DNA of 64,000 nucleotides, from positions 18,729 to 82,728 of IMG/VR virus record IMGVR_UViG_2700989574_000004; one strand, 5' to 3'. Positions within the stretch are counted from its first letter, which is position 1. The number at the start of each line of letters is the position of its first letter. A model generated the notes under the pieces. That model saw only the letters and a list, made by a program, of their open reading frames with translations. It did not search any database and was not told the origin of the DNA. The position numbers and the translations under genes are program-made. Of the stretch, positions 12,364 through 20,842 are shown one piece after another. The stretch comes from a virus. Its lineage: Duplodnaviria > Caudoviricetes.

Positions 12364-12590
12364 TTAACGGCGCTTTAATGCCTGTTTAAATTTGTCGATG
12401 TACTTCTGCAGTGTCTTCCCACCGGTAAATCCGGCGTGACAGTCCAGGGAGCGCTGTAAACGTTCATCAATTTCCCGCCGTTGCGCCTGTTCATAAAACA
12501 GCTTCAGCTGGCGGGCGGTGTAATGCCGGAGGTCTCCGAACTGGTGTCCGTGGTCGATGAGGCAGGCGAAGATGTCCGCCCAGCCTGCTG
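12364..12590 (-). CDS. Tail assembly chaperone extension (gpT-like, probably reached by -1 frameshift)
   Basis: Overlapping -1 frame WADIFACLIDHGH...YTARQLKLFY between chaperone and TMP with no own RBS/start; 5' boundary approximate. Confidence 0.6.
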
Positions 12591-12974
12591 ATTCAGCGCT
12601 TTTACCAGTTTTTCGAGCGCCGGTCTGATGGCGTTGCGGGTAAAAAAACTGGCATTCACCCCCCACCAGGTCAGCAGCAGACTCTCACTGTCTTCCCCGG
12701 TCAGGCCGGAGACCCATTCAACCGACTGGCCACAGGAAATCGCCACCGCCTGCATCACGGATGGCCAACGCTCACCCAGCACATCAAACAGTTCCTCAAC
12801 CGAAATCTCGGCATTAGGGGCAGAGTTCATGGCATCACAAAGGCCAGAACTGATATCCCGGAGGGGATGGCGGTGCTGCAGTTGCTCTGCCAGCGTGTAC
12901 TCATGCACCGTAACCTGGACGCCATTCACGTTCAGCGTCCGGTCTGGCAGCAGAATGTTCAGTTCATCGGCCAT
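12504..12974 (-). CDS. Tail assembly chaperone (gpG-like)
   Basis: 156 aa between tail tube and TMP; LLLTWWGVNASFF motif. Confidence 0.75.
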   Translation of the reverse strand: MADELNILLPDRTLNVNGVQVTVHEYTLAEQLQHRHPLRDISSGLCDAMNSAPNAEISVEELFDVLGERWPSVMQAVAISCGQSVEWVSGLTGEDSESLLLTWWGVNASFFTRNAIRPALEKLVKALNQQAGRTSSPASSTTDTSSETSGITPPAS

Positions 12975-13717
12975 CAGTCACTCCCGACGTGGATCACGCG
13001 CCCGTAGCGACCAAACTCGGCATCCTCCGGACGTTCGGTATCCAGCAGAACGGCGGCGGTGGTCTCCAGTCCGGGCAGTGAGGTATCGGTGTTAATCAGG
13101 CTCAATGCCGACACCGGGTCGTACTGCACTTTGTACAGCTCCAGCACTACCGGTGCGCCGTTCTCTGCCAGGTTGATGCCTTCATAGCGCAGGAACAGGT
13201 CAACCGGGCTGGCAGTAAACATGGAGGTGTTAATGCTGCTGGCATAGGAGTAATTGACGCTGGGCGGTGTCGCTGGCGTGGTGATGAACTCAATCGCCCC
13301 AAACTTCAGGTCAACGGTGTAATCCTCACCCAGTGTCAGACCGGTAATGATGACCGCGCTCACGTTGTGATGCGCCAGCAGAACACGATCCCCGGCGACA
13401 ATACCGGCTGGCAGGACTTCGCCGGTCACGGTTCCGGCAGGCACCACCACTTTTTCGCCATACAGCAGAACAGCCAGGTTTTCCGGCGAATGTTCATACC
13501 AGGTGGACGTGACCGAACCATCCTTACTGGTGCTGATGCGACGAACCGGCGCACGATGGCCGCTGTAGGATTCTTTATGGGTGAAAGACTCCGTTGTCAG
13601 CGCCACTTCAAGCGAGTCAACATCACCAATCCAGCGCATGGTGACAGCCTGTCCGGCGTCATTGCGGCGGCCGAGGTAAACTTTGCCCTGGCCATAGTAA
13701 TAAGTTTCTGGGGTCAT
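12974..13717 (-). CDS. Major tail tube protein (inner phage)
   Basis: 247 aa, canonical position after the tail terminator and before chaperone/TMP; no sheath gene present. Confidence 0.8.
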   Translation of the reverse strand: MTPETYYYGQGKVYLGRRNDAGQAVTMRWIGDVDSLEVALTTESFTHKESYSGHRAPVRRISTSKDGSVTSTWYEHSPENLAVLLYGEKVVVPAGTVTGEVLPAGIVAGDRVLLAHHNVSAVIITGLTLGEDYTVDLKFGAIEFITTPATPPSVNYSYASSINTSMFTASPVDLFLRYEGINLAENGAPVVLELYKVQYDPVSALSLINTDTSLPGLETTAAVLLDTERPEDAEFGRYGRVIHVGSD

Positions 13718-13908
13718 TATTCCTGTACCTCTGACAAAGGATCTCCGGCGCTGCCGGTATCGGTTTTACTCTTGCGGGACGTTCCCGCCGCCTTAGCCGG
13801 GCCGTAGTCAAGCAGCCACCGCCCGGTGATATCGTCCACTTCAATAATCGTTCCGGTACTCAGCACCTTGCCCTGATGCGTGTGTGGCCCGGTCAGTTCA
13901 ATCTTCAT
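13717..13908 (-). CDS. Small hypothetical virion protein
   Basis: 63 aa, coupled start/stop overlaps; PHTHQGK...G..IEV motif. Confidence 0.65.
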   Translation of the reverse strand: MKIELTGPHTHQGKVLSTGTIIEVDDITGRWLLDYGPAKAAGTSRKSKTDTGSAGDPLSEVQE

Positions 13909-14372
13909 CGGTATCCTCCAATCGCTGCCGGAACCGGCAACTGGAAAACCAGCGGGTAATACCCGTACCCGTCCTCATACTGAGCGGGGAGAGTCTGGCT
14001 GCTTCTGGTCAGCGCCCTGGCAATATCACCGTCGGGCTTCCATCCGGCCAGGGCATCGACGGTCTTTTTGATTAACGGGCCTGCTTCGCTGCTGATATCA
14101 GCCCCCAGACCGCGCCCGTCGGCAAAATAAACACAGATAACGACGGCCCAGAGCTGACTAACAAACTGCATTCGCTGCATGCTACCGCCCGTAGCGGCCG
14201 TCGAGGTGTTGACGGTATCGCCGAGATACATCACATACGCCATCGGGCAAATGGGGTTGTCATCGTTCATCTGGGACAGACCCGCAACGCCCGTCACCTC
14301 GACAAAATCAGGCACCTGCTCGCGCAGGCGGTTAATCAGCAAGGGTTCACAAAACAGGTAATCGGTCACCAC
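13905..14372 (-). CDS. Tail terminator/head-tail joining protein (Mu gp37-like position)
   Basis: 155 aa after the gp36 homologue. Confidence 0.7.
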   Translation of the reverse strand: MVTDYLFCEPLLINRLREQVPDFVEVTGVAGLSQMNDDNPICPMAYVMYLGDTVNTSTAATGGSMQRMQFVSQLWAVVICVYFADGRGLGADISSEAGPLIKKTVDALAGWKPDGDIARALTRSSQTLPAQYEDGYGYYPLVFQLPVPAAIGGYR

Positions 14373-14788
14373 AAACCATCCCTCCGGAACATATTGCGGC
14401 CGGGCGTAAACACTACTGATTCGTCCGGTTCCAGTACCTTCCCGGCGTTATCCAGACCCAGAGACAGCCGCCCGGAGGCGACCTTCTCCAGCTGGCGAAT
14501 GCGCTGGTTATAGCGAATGGCCACTGGCGTATCGGTGCCGGGGTTCTGATACAGGTAATAACGGGTGATATCGCTGGCGATACGCCGCAGAGTGTCCGGC
14601 ACGCTGGGGAGTGGCAGCAGACCGCGCCCCTCCAGATACATATTGATCTCCGCATCTGCATCCTCGATGGCCTTTTCCACGACAGCCATAACAATTTGCC
14701 CGGTGGCCGGACGGGCCCGGTCAGAAAGCCGGATAATGTCCTGCTCTCCGAAGTCGTTTATCAAATCATCCAGCGTGCAGTACCCCAT
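14366..14788 (-). CDS. Mu gp36-like head-tail adaptor (DUF1320)
   Basis: MGYCTLDDL...AIEDADAEI..YL...LPL..VP..L..IA.DI.RY.LY. Confidence 0.85.
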   Translation of the reverse strand: MGYCTLDDLINDFGEQDIIRLSDRARPATGQIVMAVVEKAIEDADAEINMYLEGRGLLPLPSVPDTLRRIASDITRYYLYQNPGTDTPVAIRYNQRIRQLEKVASGRLSLGLDNAGKVLEPDESVVFTPGRNMFRRDGLW

Positions 14789-14790
14789 GA

Positions 14791-15186
14791 TTACTCCTCA
14801 GCCGGGGTGTACGGCTTAACGCGCAGGTAAGGATCAAGCATGATTTTTTCGCGCTGCTCCTGCGTGAGCATCAAAAAATTCAGCGGTGTCGGGGTCGTGG
14901 TGAACTCGATACCGCCACGAATGCGTTTACCTGCCGGGGAACGGACGACCTGAACGGTAACCCAGGATTCAATCGCAGCCTCTTGAACTATGGTTTCCGC
15001 ACTGTCACCATCAGCACCATCGGAGCCGATTTCTGTACCATTGCCGGATGCACCATCCCCGGCAGCATCTCCGGAGTCAGTCGATGTACCGTCACCAGTG
15101 GTTACATCAGCGCCGGTCACTTTGCCCGCGCTGTCCTTTTGTTTGTCCTCTGCCGTCCGGGCTTCGGGTTTTGTTTTGCCAGCCAT
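14791..15186 (-). CDS. Mu gp35/HI1506-like protein
   Basis: Low-complexity N-terminus, C-terminal R.RGGIEFT...LT.EQ...I..DPYL.V; AGGAG RBS before MAGKTK. Confidence 0.7.
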   Translation of the reverse strand: MAGKTKPEARTAEDKQKDSAGKVTGADVTTGDGTSTDSGDAAGDGASGNGTEIGSDGADGDSAETIVQEAAIESWVTVQVVRSPAGKRIRGGIEFTTTPTPLNFLMLTQEQREKIMLDPYLRVKPYTPAEE

Positions 15187-15244
15187 TAGGGTGTCTCCTG
15201 TCACGCCGTGACCGGCGTGACGTTAAAGGGGTTAAAAAGCCGGA

Positions 15245-16171
15245 TTAAATCAACCAGGCACTATCGAGAATGTCCGACAGTTTGTAGTTCGGGTTGTCTT
15301 CCCCGCCGTTGATGGTGGCCACACCCACAATCTTGCGGGCAGCTTCCGCCAGCTGAGGCGGGACAACCAGCAGATCGCCTTTGATGTTCAGTGGACGACC
15401 ACCATCGGCCACCATATTGCGCAGCAGGGTATAGGCTTCCTGGTAATTCGCCGCCGTCAGCGGTTTGGTGGACTTCACGCAGAACTGCCAGAAACCGAAG
15501 CCGACAGCCGAACGGGCACGCACGCCATACAGGAACTCATCGTTCATAAAAACGTGATCGCTGTTGTCATCGCTGGTCTTCGCCTTGAGATCAGGCTTAA
15601 TTCGCTCCTGAAAAATCAGTGGCTTCAGCGCACGGGTGGTACACATCAGATACCACGGGGCCGGGCTGGCAGGGTCGCCGGAGGCCGGAGCCAGCAGGTT
15701 ACTGACGGTGGTGATAGTGCCGGTGCCGTCCACGTTCGCCGCAACCGGATGCTCCGTATCAAAGAAGTTCTGTCCGTCATAGCACACGGTGGTTTCACCG
15801 GCTTTCAGCAGCTCAAAGATATGCTCATCCGGATAGACCCCGGCCGCGCGGCCCGCTTCGGTCATAACAGGGGTGTAGACTCCGACGCTGTCATCTTCAA
15901 CGGCTGTACGCGGCACACCCACGGTGGCCTCATACAGTTTGTTGGTGATGCCATAACCATCGGTTTTCATATCCTTGACGATACGGGCACCCACCCATTC
16001 ACGCATCTGCGGGAAGTGGCCCAGCCAGGCGTAAATATTGGTGGCGGTGGTGGATTTGATCACCGTCGCAATTTTGGTGTAGTCGGAATCAGCAACTTTA
16101 AGGCCATCCTGGAATGCCTTGTTAAAGCTGACAAAAAGCGACCGCACCAGCTCAGGAGTGATAATGGCCAT
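15245..16171 (-). CDS. Mu-like major capsid protein (gpT)
   Basis: YAWLG.FPQMREWVG.R, CYDGQNFFDTEHPV, KPLIFQER, FLYGVRAR...GFGFWQ. Confidence 0.95.
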   Translation of the reverse strand: MAIITPELVRSLFVSFNKAFQDGLKVADSDYTKIATVIKSTTATNIYAWLGHFPQMREWVGARIVKDMKTDGYGITNKLYEATVGVPRTAVEDDSVGVYTPVMTEAGRAAGVYPDEHIFELLKAGETTVCYDGQNFFDTEHPVAANVDGTGTITTVSNLLAPASGDPASPAPWYLMCTTRALKPLIFQERIKPDLKAKTSDDNSDHVFMNDEFLYGVRARSAVGFGFWQFCVKSTKPLTAANYQEAYTLLRNMVADGGRPLNIKGDLLVVPPQLAEAARKIVGVATINGGEDNPNYKLSDILDSAWLI

Positions 16172-17310
16172 TACTTGATTTCCTTTTTAGCAGCGGCGAA
16201 TTCCGCCGGAGTTAAACCCGTCAGCGAGGCAACCTGCAGTTCCGTCGCCGTCAGGCCGTGGGTTTCACCAGCCGGAGGGTGGCCTCCGGACTGCATCGTG
16301 GTCAGCGCCGCAATCGGCGCGGCCGCGTCCAGATACTTACGCAGTGCGGCGATATCTTTTTTACCCAGCTCACGCGCCCAGTCCTCCATCACCGGCAGCA
16401 GCTTGCCGGACGACAGACCGTCGTTGACCAGAGAATCAAGATCGCCACCATCGATACGCGCGGTCAGTGCGGCTAGTTGCGTGGTCAGGTCAGTCACCAC
16501 GGCAATCGGGACATATTTCGTCGGGTCTGGTGCGCCTTTACTGGCACTGGCAGAGGCCGCAATGGTTAATGCCGCAATCTTGTCCTCATGGGTTTTCACC
16601 AGCGTGGACTGAGTGGCGAACATTTCCAGCAGGCGGCTCAGGCTGGCGCTGCTGGTATCGCCTTCTTTTTCTTTCGGCATATTGCCCGCTGCCTGCTGAA
16701 GGGCGGACAGAACATCCGCTTCGCTGGCGTCATCGGCCAGGCCCAGCAGCTTACGCAGCAGCTTTAACAGCTCTTCGTTCATTGTCTTCTCCGGGGAGTG
16801 TTGAGTTGATGCCTGCACGATGAGACGAGAGGCGGCCGCCAGGGCAACATGACTCATGCCGTCCAGCGCGGGGTTGTTGGTGAGCGCGGCATTGAGAACC
16901 TGCAGCACGGCACCGGTTTTGGGGTCGTAGGCAAATACCGGGCTGATGTAGCGGTATTCGCCGTTTGCGATCATCTCTCTGGCGCGTTCCGTCCACTCGA
17001 CGTTGCGGGCAAACAATCCGCTCTCTTCCCAGACGGTATCGCTGCCAGCCCACCATCCGGCAGCCGGGGCCGGATGGCCGTTCTGCTCGGTGAGCAACGT
17101 CTGGTGCTCGTAGTCGATGACAATTTTGTTTTTACGCGCCGCGAGCTGTGCAATGACCTGCTGCGCCAGACTCTCAGTCAGGAGCCAGTGCGCACAGTCA
17201 GAGGGGCGACCATCGGTTGCGCGAAACTCACCGGCCGGGAAAAGCTGGATAACGTTTCCGGTCGGGTTCAGCTCAAAGGCCAGGGATGCGACAGCAAGAT
17301 TTTTTTTCAT
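16171..17310 (-). CDS. Mu-like head protease gpI with internal scaffold (gpZ-like start at 16782)
   Basis: IDYEHQT, APAAGW, YRYISPVF, AALTNNPALDGM; internal GGAG-N6-ATG before MNEELL. Confidence 0.92.
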   Translation of the reverse strand: MKKNLAVASLAFELNPTGNVIQLFPAGEFRATDGRPSDCAHWLLTESLAQQVIAQLAARKNKIVIDYEHQTLLTEQNGHPAPAAGWWAGSDTVWEESGLFARNVEWTERAREMIANGEYRYISPVFAYDPKTGAVLQVLNAALTNNPALDGMSHVALAAASRLIVQASTQHSPEKTMNEELLKLLRKLLGLADDASEADVLSALQQAAGNMPKEKEGDTSSASLSRLLEMFATQSTLVKTHEDKIAALTIAASASASKGAPDPTKYVPIAVVTDLTTQLAALTARIDGGDLDSLVNDGLSSGKLLPVMEDWARELGKKDIAALRKYLDAAAPIAALTTMQSGGHPPAGETHGLTATELQVASLTGLTPAEFAAAKKEIK

Positions 17311-17345
17311 GCCGTCAGTGTACGAAGAGGGGTAAAACAGATTCA

Positions 17346-17361
17346 GGGGACGGGGTTCGTC
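17346..17361 (-). promoter_or_regulatory. Candidate late-activator site upstream of gene I
   Basis: GGGGACGGGGTTCGTC identical to 25841..25856 upstream of the lysis gene. Confidence 0.6.
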
Positions 17362-17500
17362 ACACTCATGAAGGGGGAAAAGGAGACGCGATCATCTTAC
17401 AACATCGCAACCCCTTTTAAACCCCTTTTAAAAGTTCACAGAACAGCACAACGTTGTTTTGATGCGCCGTTATGTCAGAAATAAACCGATGCGCTCAGAA

Positions 17501-18109
17501 TCAGTCTGACGCCGTTTTAGAGATATTCATCAGGGCACTGCTCAGAACCGCCATCACCGCTTCAAATGCTGGCGGCGTCAGCTGGTTATTTTCCGTCACC
17601 GGCAGGAACGGACGTGGCCGGATCACGATGCTGTAATTGACCGCGCGGGCGACGGCCTGCTTATGACTGCGTTTCGCGAAGACGGCGAGATTCGGGTGTT
17701 TTTCCTGCCGTCTGAGATTGCCTTTTTTATCGGTTCTCAGTCGTACCTGCCCCTGCCGCTTGATGGTGCCGCCGAGATGCTGAATGGGGGCGTACACAAG
17801 ATTAGAGCCGATTTGCGCAAAATCGTCACCGGCACCGGTCTGAACGGATGAGGCCAGCCGCCCGGTCACCTGCAGGATTTTACCCGGCCAGTGTCCGCTA
17901 CGGCTGCGGGCCCGCATGGTGGACGGCTTCAGGGATGGCCAGCTTTTGGCCGGGAAACCTTCTTCCTCGAACATCTTCATGCTCTGTGCGTGGAGCGTCT
18001 CCGCTACCTCCTGCATGATGGCTCTGGGCTTTCTGATGATGCTGGCCAGCTGCTGCAGTTGCTTGTCCAGCTCGCGGCTGTCTACCGTTAATTTGATACT
18101 GGTGGCCAT
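17501..18109 (-). CDS. Mu gpG-like virion morphogenesis/tail completion protein
   Basis: W..LKPST, GKILQVTGRLASS, GSNLVYAPIQHLGG, IRPRPFL. Confidence 0.9.
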   Translation of the reverse strand: MATSIKLTVDSRELDKQLQQLASIIRKPRAIMQEVAETLHAQSMKMFEEEGFPAKSWPSLKPSTMRARSRSGHWPGKILQVTGRLASSVQTGAGDDFAQIGSNLVYAPIQHLGGTIKRQGQVRLRTDKKGNLRRQEKHPNLAVFAKRSHKQAVARAVNYSIVIRPRPFLPVTENNQLTPPAFEAVMAVLSSALMNISKTASD

Positions 18110-19344
18110 CAGCGGGCATCCTTCAGTACGTCGCCGTCACGCATCGCCGCAACCAGCGTCTTTTCATCTACCGGCATGAAGCGCTGAACAACCAGCCCGC
18201 CATCCAGCACCACCTGCCACCATTGCCCCTCATCCAGCTGGCTGAACAGCAACAATTGCGTGTCAGCACGAACCGCCACCGTTGAGGACTCTATCACCGT
18301 CTGGACGCCAGCCCACTGCGCCTGTGCTGGAAGGGTTCCGGCGCTGGCCTGCGCAGCCAGCTGATGCTCGGCCAGCCATGCGGTACGCCCTGATGTTCCC
18401 AGTGTGGCCATCTCGCCAGTATCCAGCACGCCAGCGGCCAGGATCTCGCCGGAACGACTGCCTTGTGCGGCGTTGTCCAGCATCTGCTTCAGCTCAGGGC
18501 CAGCAAGACCTGCAGCAACATAAGGCCGGGACAGCTCCACATCATATTTATCCAGGTTGGCTTTCCAGACTTCCCGCCCCGGATTCACGTCAAAGCCCAC
18601 GTCGGGAAAGAAGGTGACCTGCACGCCATCGGGGCCGCTGAAGCGCACACCGTTAACAGGCGTGAACACCGGCTGGCCGTTTTCGTCTTCACCGGTCATC
18701 ACCTGCTGAACCACTTCACTGTCAGTCCGGGAAATGACGTAACCATAATTGATAACTTCCTGTTCCGTTAATGCCTCGGCACGACAGCGGCAGTTAAAGC
18801 CGTTTGGCGGGAAGATGAATTTCCATATCGGATCGAGATAATGGAAAACGCGGTTATGCAAACGGGCATGACTGGGGCGCGTTCTGGCATCCATCACTGC
18901 CACATATCGCCAGTACGGACGATTTACCGCATTGGCCAGCATCGACTCATGACGGGCTGACATATAGGCCGCCTGAGTGTTGGTGCGGTAGATAGTGTTC
19001 AGGCGGGCAGGATTACCCATCTGGCGGCGGGTGATTTCGCCGGTCTCCGTATCAATCTTTTCCTCAGTACCCCACCAACCTTTTTTACGCAGCACCGGCT
19101 CCAGGTTCTTCACGAACCACTCCGGTGTCTGCCCGCTGGCCAGACCTTCGCGCAGGCCGTTGACCAGATCCTGCGCGATATCAAGGCGGGTCAGATTGGC
19201 AAAGCCGAAGGAATGGGCGTGGTCTGCTGACAGCATGGCATCGGGATCGGTACGGATACGCAACCCCTTATTTTCAAGATAACGCAGCGCGGCCTCTGGT
19301 TTCATACCAAAGAGCGCACTGATTTCATCCTTTGTGACCGGCAT
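18109..19344 (-). CDS. Mu gpF (gp30)-like head morphogenesis protein, short form without toxin domain
   Basis: RLNTIYRTN, YVAVMDARTRPSH, PPNGFNCRC. Confidence 0.92.
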   Translation of the reverse strand: MPVTKDEISALFGMKPEAALRYLENKGLRIRTDPDAMLSADHAHSFGFANLTRLDIAQDLVNGLREGLASGQTPEWFVKNLEPVLRKKGWWGTEEKIDTETGEITRRQMGNPARLNTIYRTNTQAAYMSARHESMLANAVNRPYWRYVAVMDARTRPSHARLHNRVFHYLDPIWKFIFPPNGFNCRCRAEALTEQEVINYGYVISRTDSEVVQQVMTGEDENGQPVFTPVNGVRFSGPDGVQVTFFPDVGFDVNPGREVWKANLDKYDVELSRPYVAAGLAGPELKQMLDNAAQGSRSGEILAAGVLDTGEMATLGTSGRTAWLAEHQLAAQASAGTLPAQAQWAGVQTVIESSTVAVRADTQLLLFSQLDEGQWWQVVLDGGLVVQRFMPVDEKTLVAAMRDGDVLKDAR

Positions 19345-20837
19345 TATTGCCCCTCCTGTTGAGCATACATGGCAATCAGTCGGGCAATATTCTGCGTATC
19401 GCCCAGATTGTTCTGCAGAAGAACCGGGTCCATTCTGGGGAAGGCATCCGCCAGCGCACCCAGCAGGCTCTGTTCATCCATATCTGCAGATAACGCCGCC
19501 AGCGCGGGTTGAAGGATGGCAATAAGACCGTCGGCGGGTTTATCCCCATTTAAAAGGCTTTTTAACGCCTCATCAATGCCGTTCTGCACATCGTCAGCCG
19601 TGGCCTTCCGGGTCAGGGCCGCAGTGAGGGCCGTGATAATCGCATTCTGATAATGATGCACCGCTGCCGCTGCAGGTGGCACAACGTCGCGCCCGTCGCG
19701 GGCGGTTACATCGCTCTGCACGTCGGGGACATTGAATTTAATACGCGGTGTCCGGCGGGGATCGGCATCAGGGCGACGGTTCAGAACCAGTAACGGCCAG
19801 AACAGGTCGCTGCGCAGTGTCATGGCAACCTGCTTACCGTCGGAAATCAGCAGATCATGGCGCACTTCGTTATGCACGTTCCCCAGGGCGTTCGTGGACG
19901 TTTTGCCGTCGGCCTGAGTGGTCAGTGTGGCCCCCAGTATGGCCTTTGACATGGATTTTTCCGCCCATTCCGCCAGCGCCATAAAGGGTTCATGGGAACT
20001 GTTGGATGCCTGGTGGAGCGTGATCTCCATTTCTTTCGGAATAATACCGCCTGCGTAACGGCCCAGTTCGGTGACAGCCCGCATCAGCTCCTGTTTCTCG
20101 CTTTTACCGATACCTTCAGGGTATTTACCTATACGTAGCGGGATACCGTAGATCTCCAGCAGTTCAGCCAGGCTCTGTGTCCCAAAATTGCGACAGATAT
20201 AGGGCCATGACAGCGTGCGCAGCAGGCCCGCGCGGGCTACATAACCACTGCGGGACTTATGGCGGTGCTGTATCCAGCCAAACGGCTGCAGTTCCGCCCC
20301 CATGCCATCGTCAGTACGCAGTACCAGCTGATCCTGATTGTCGCGGGCCAGCTCGAACCACGACGCCGGGCGGTGGTGAAAGGCTTTAGGGAACCATTCG
20401 CGGCCGACCAGCTGCCACTCCATCTCAATATTACTGAAGCCCTGGCCGATGGCGTCCAGCATATCGATAAGCAAATCCTCCCAGCCGTCCTGCTCAGTAA
20501 TATACTCAGCCAGCCACGTGGCATCGGCGCGTTCGTCCGGGGTGGCATTGGGCGGCGGCACGATTTCATGCCCGATGGTCAGCAAGGCGCGTTTGCGTTT
20601 CTGCATTTCCGCGAACAGGTGCGCGTCGCGCTCTTCCATATCGGTAAACAGGTCAGCCTGTGCCGACAGGTTCCCCAGCTCGGCCTCATTGAGGATACGC
20701 TCCAGGCGCTGCGGAGTCAGTCGCTGGCTGGGATGTTCCGCATAGAGGTTAGACAGAGAGGCAATATGCGAGGTCTGCGGTTCACGCAACACCTCGCGAC
20801 GTAAAGGAAGACCATTAACATCTACAATCTGAGCCAT
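19344..20837 (-). CDS. Mu gp29-like portal protein (DUF935)
   Basis: LF.DMEERDAHLFAEMQKRKRA, E.YG.PLRIGKYP, SKAILGATLT, ALGNVHNEVR; likely start MAQIVD. Confidence 0.93.
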   Translation of the reverse strand: MAQIVDVNGLPLRREVLREPQTSHIASLSNLYAEHPSQRLTPQRLERILNEAELGNLSAQADLFTDMEERDAHLFAEMQKRKRALLTIGHEIVPPPNATPDERADATWLAEYITEQDGWEDLLIDMLDAIGQGFSNIEMEWQLVGREWFPKAFHHRPASWFELARDNQDQLVLRTDDGMGAELQPFGWIQHRHKSRSGYVARAGLLRTLSWPYICRNFGTQSLAELLEIYGIPLRIGKYPEGIGKSEKQELMRAVTELGRYAGGIIPKEMEITLHQASNSSHEPFMALAEWAEKSMSKAILGATLTTQADGKTSTNALGNVHNEVRHDLLISDGKQVAMTLRSDLFWPLLVLNRRPDADPRRTPRIKFNVPDVQSDVTARDGRDVVPPAAAAVHHYQNAIITALTAALTRKATADDVQNGIDEALKSLLNGDKPADGLIAILQPALAALSADMDEQSLLGALADAFPRMDPVLLQNNLGDTQNIARLIAMYAQQEGQ

Positions 20838-20842
20838 ATTTA

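Noticed and set aside
15554-17484. 352-aa and 211-aa + strand ORFs
   Set aside because: Antisense shadows of capsid and protease genes, no recognisable motifs
18109-19344. MuF polymorphic toxin
   Set aside because: The C-terminal extension has no recognisable toxin motif and no immunity gene follows
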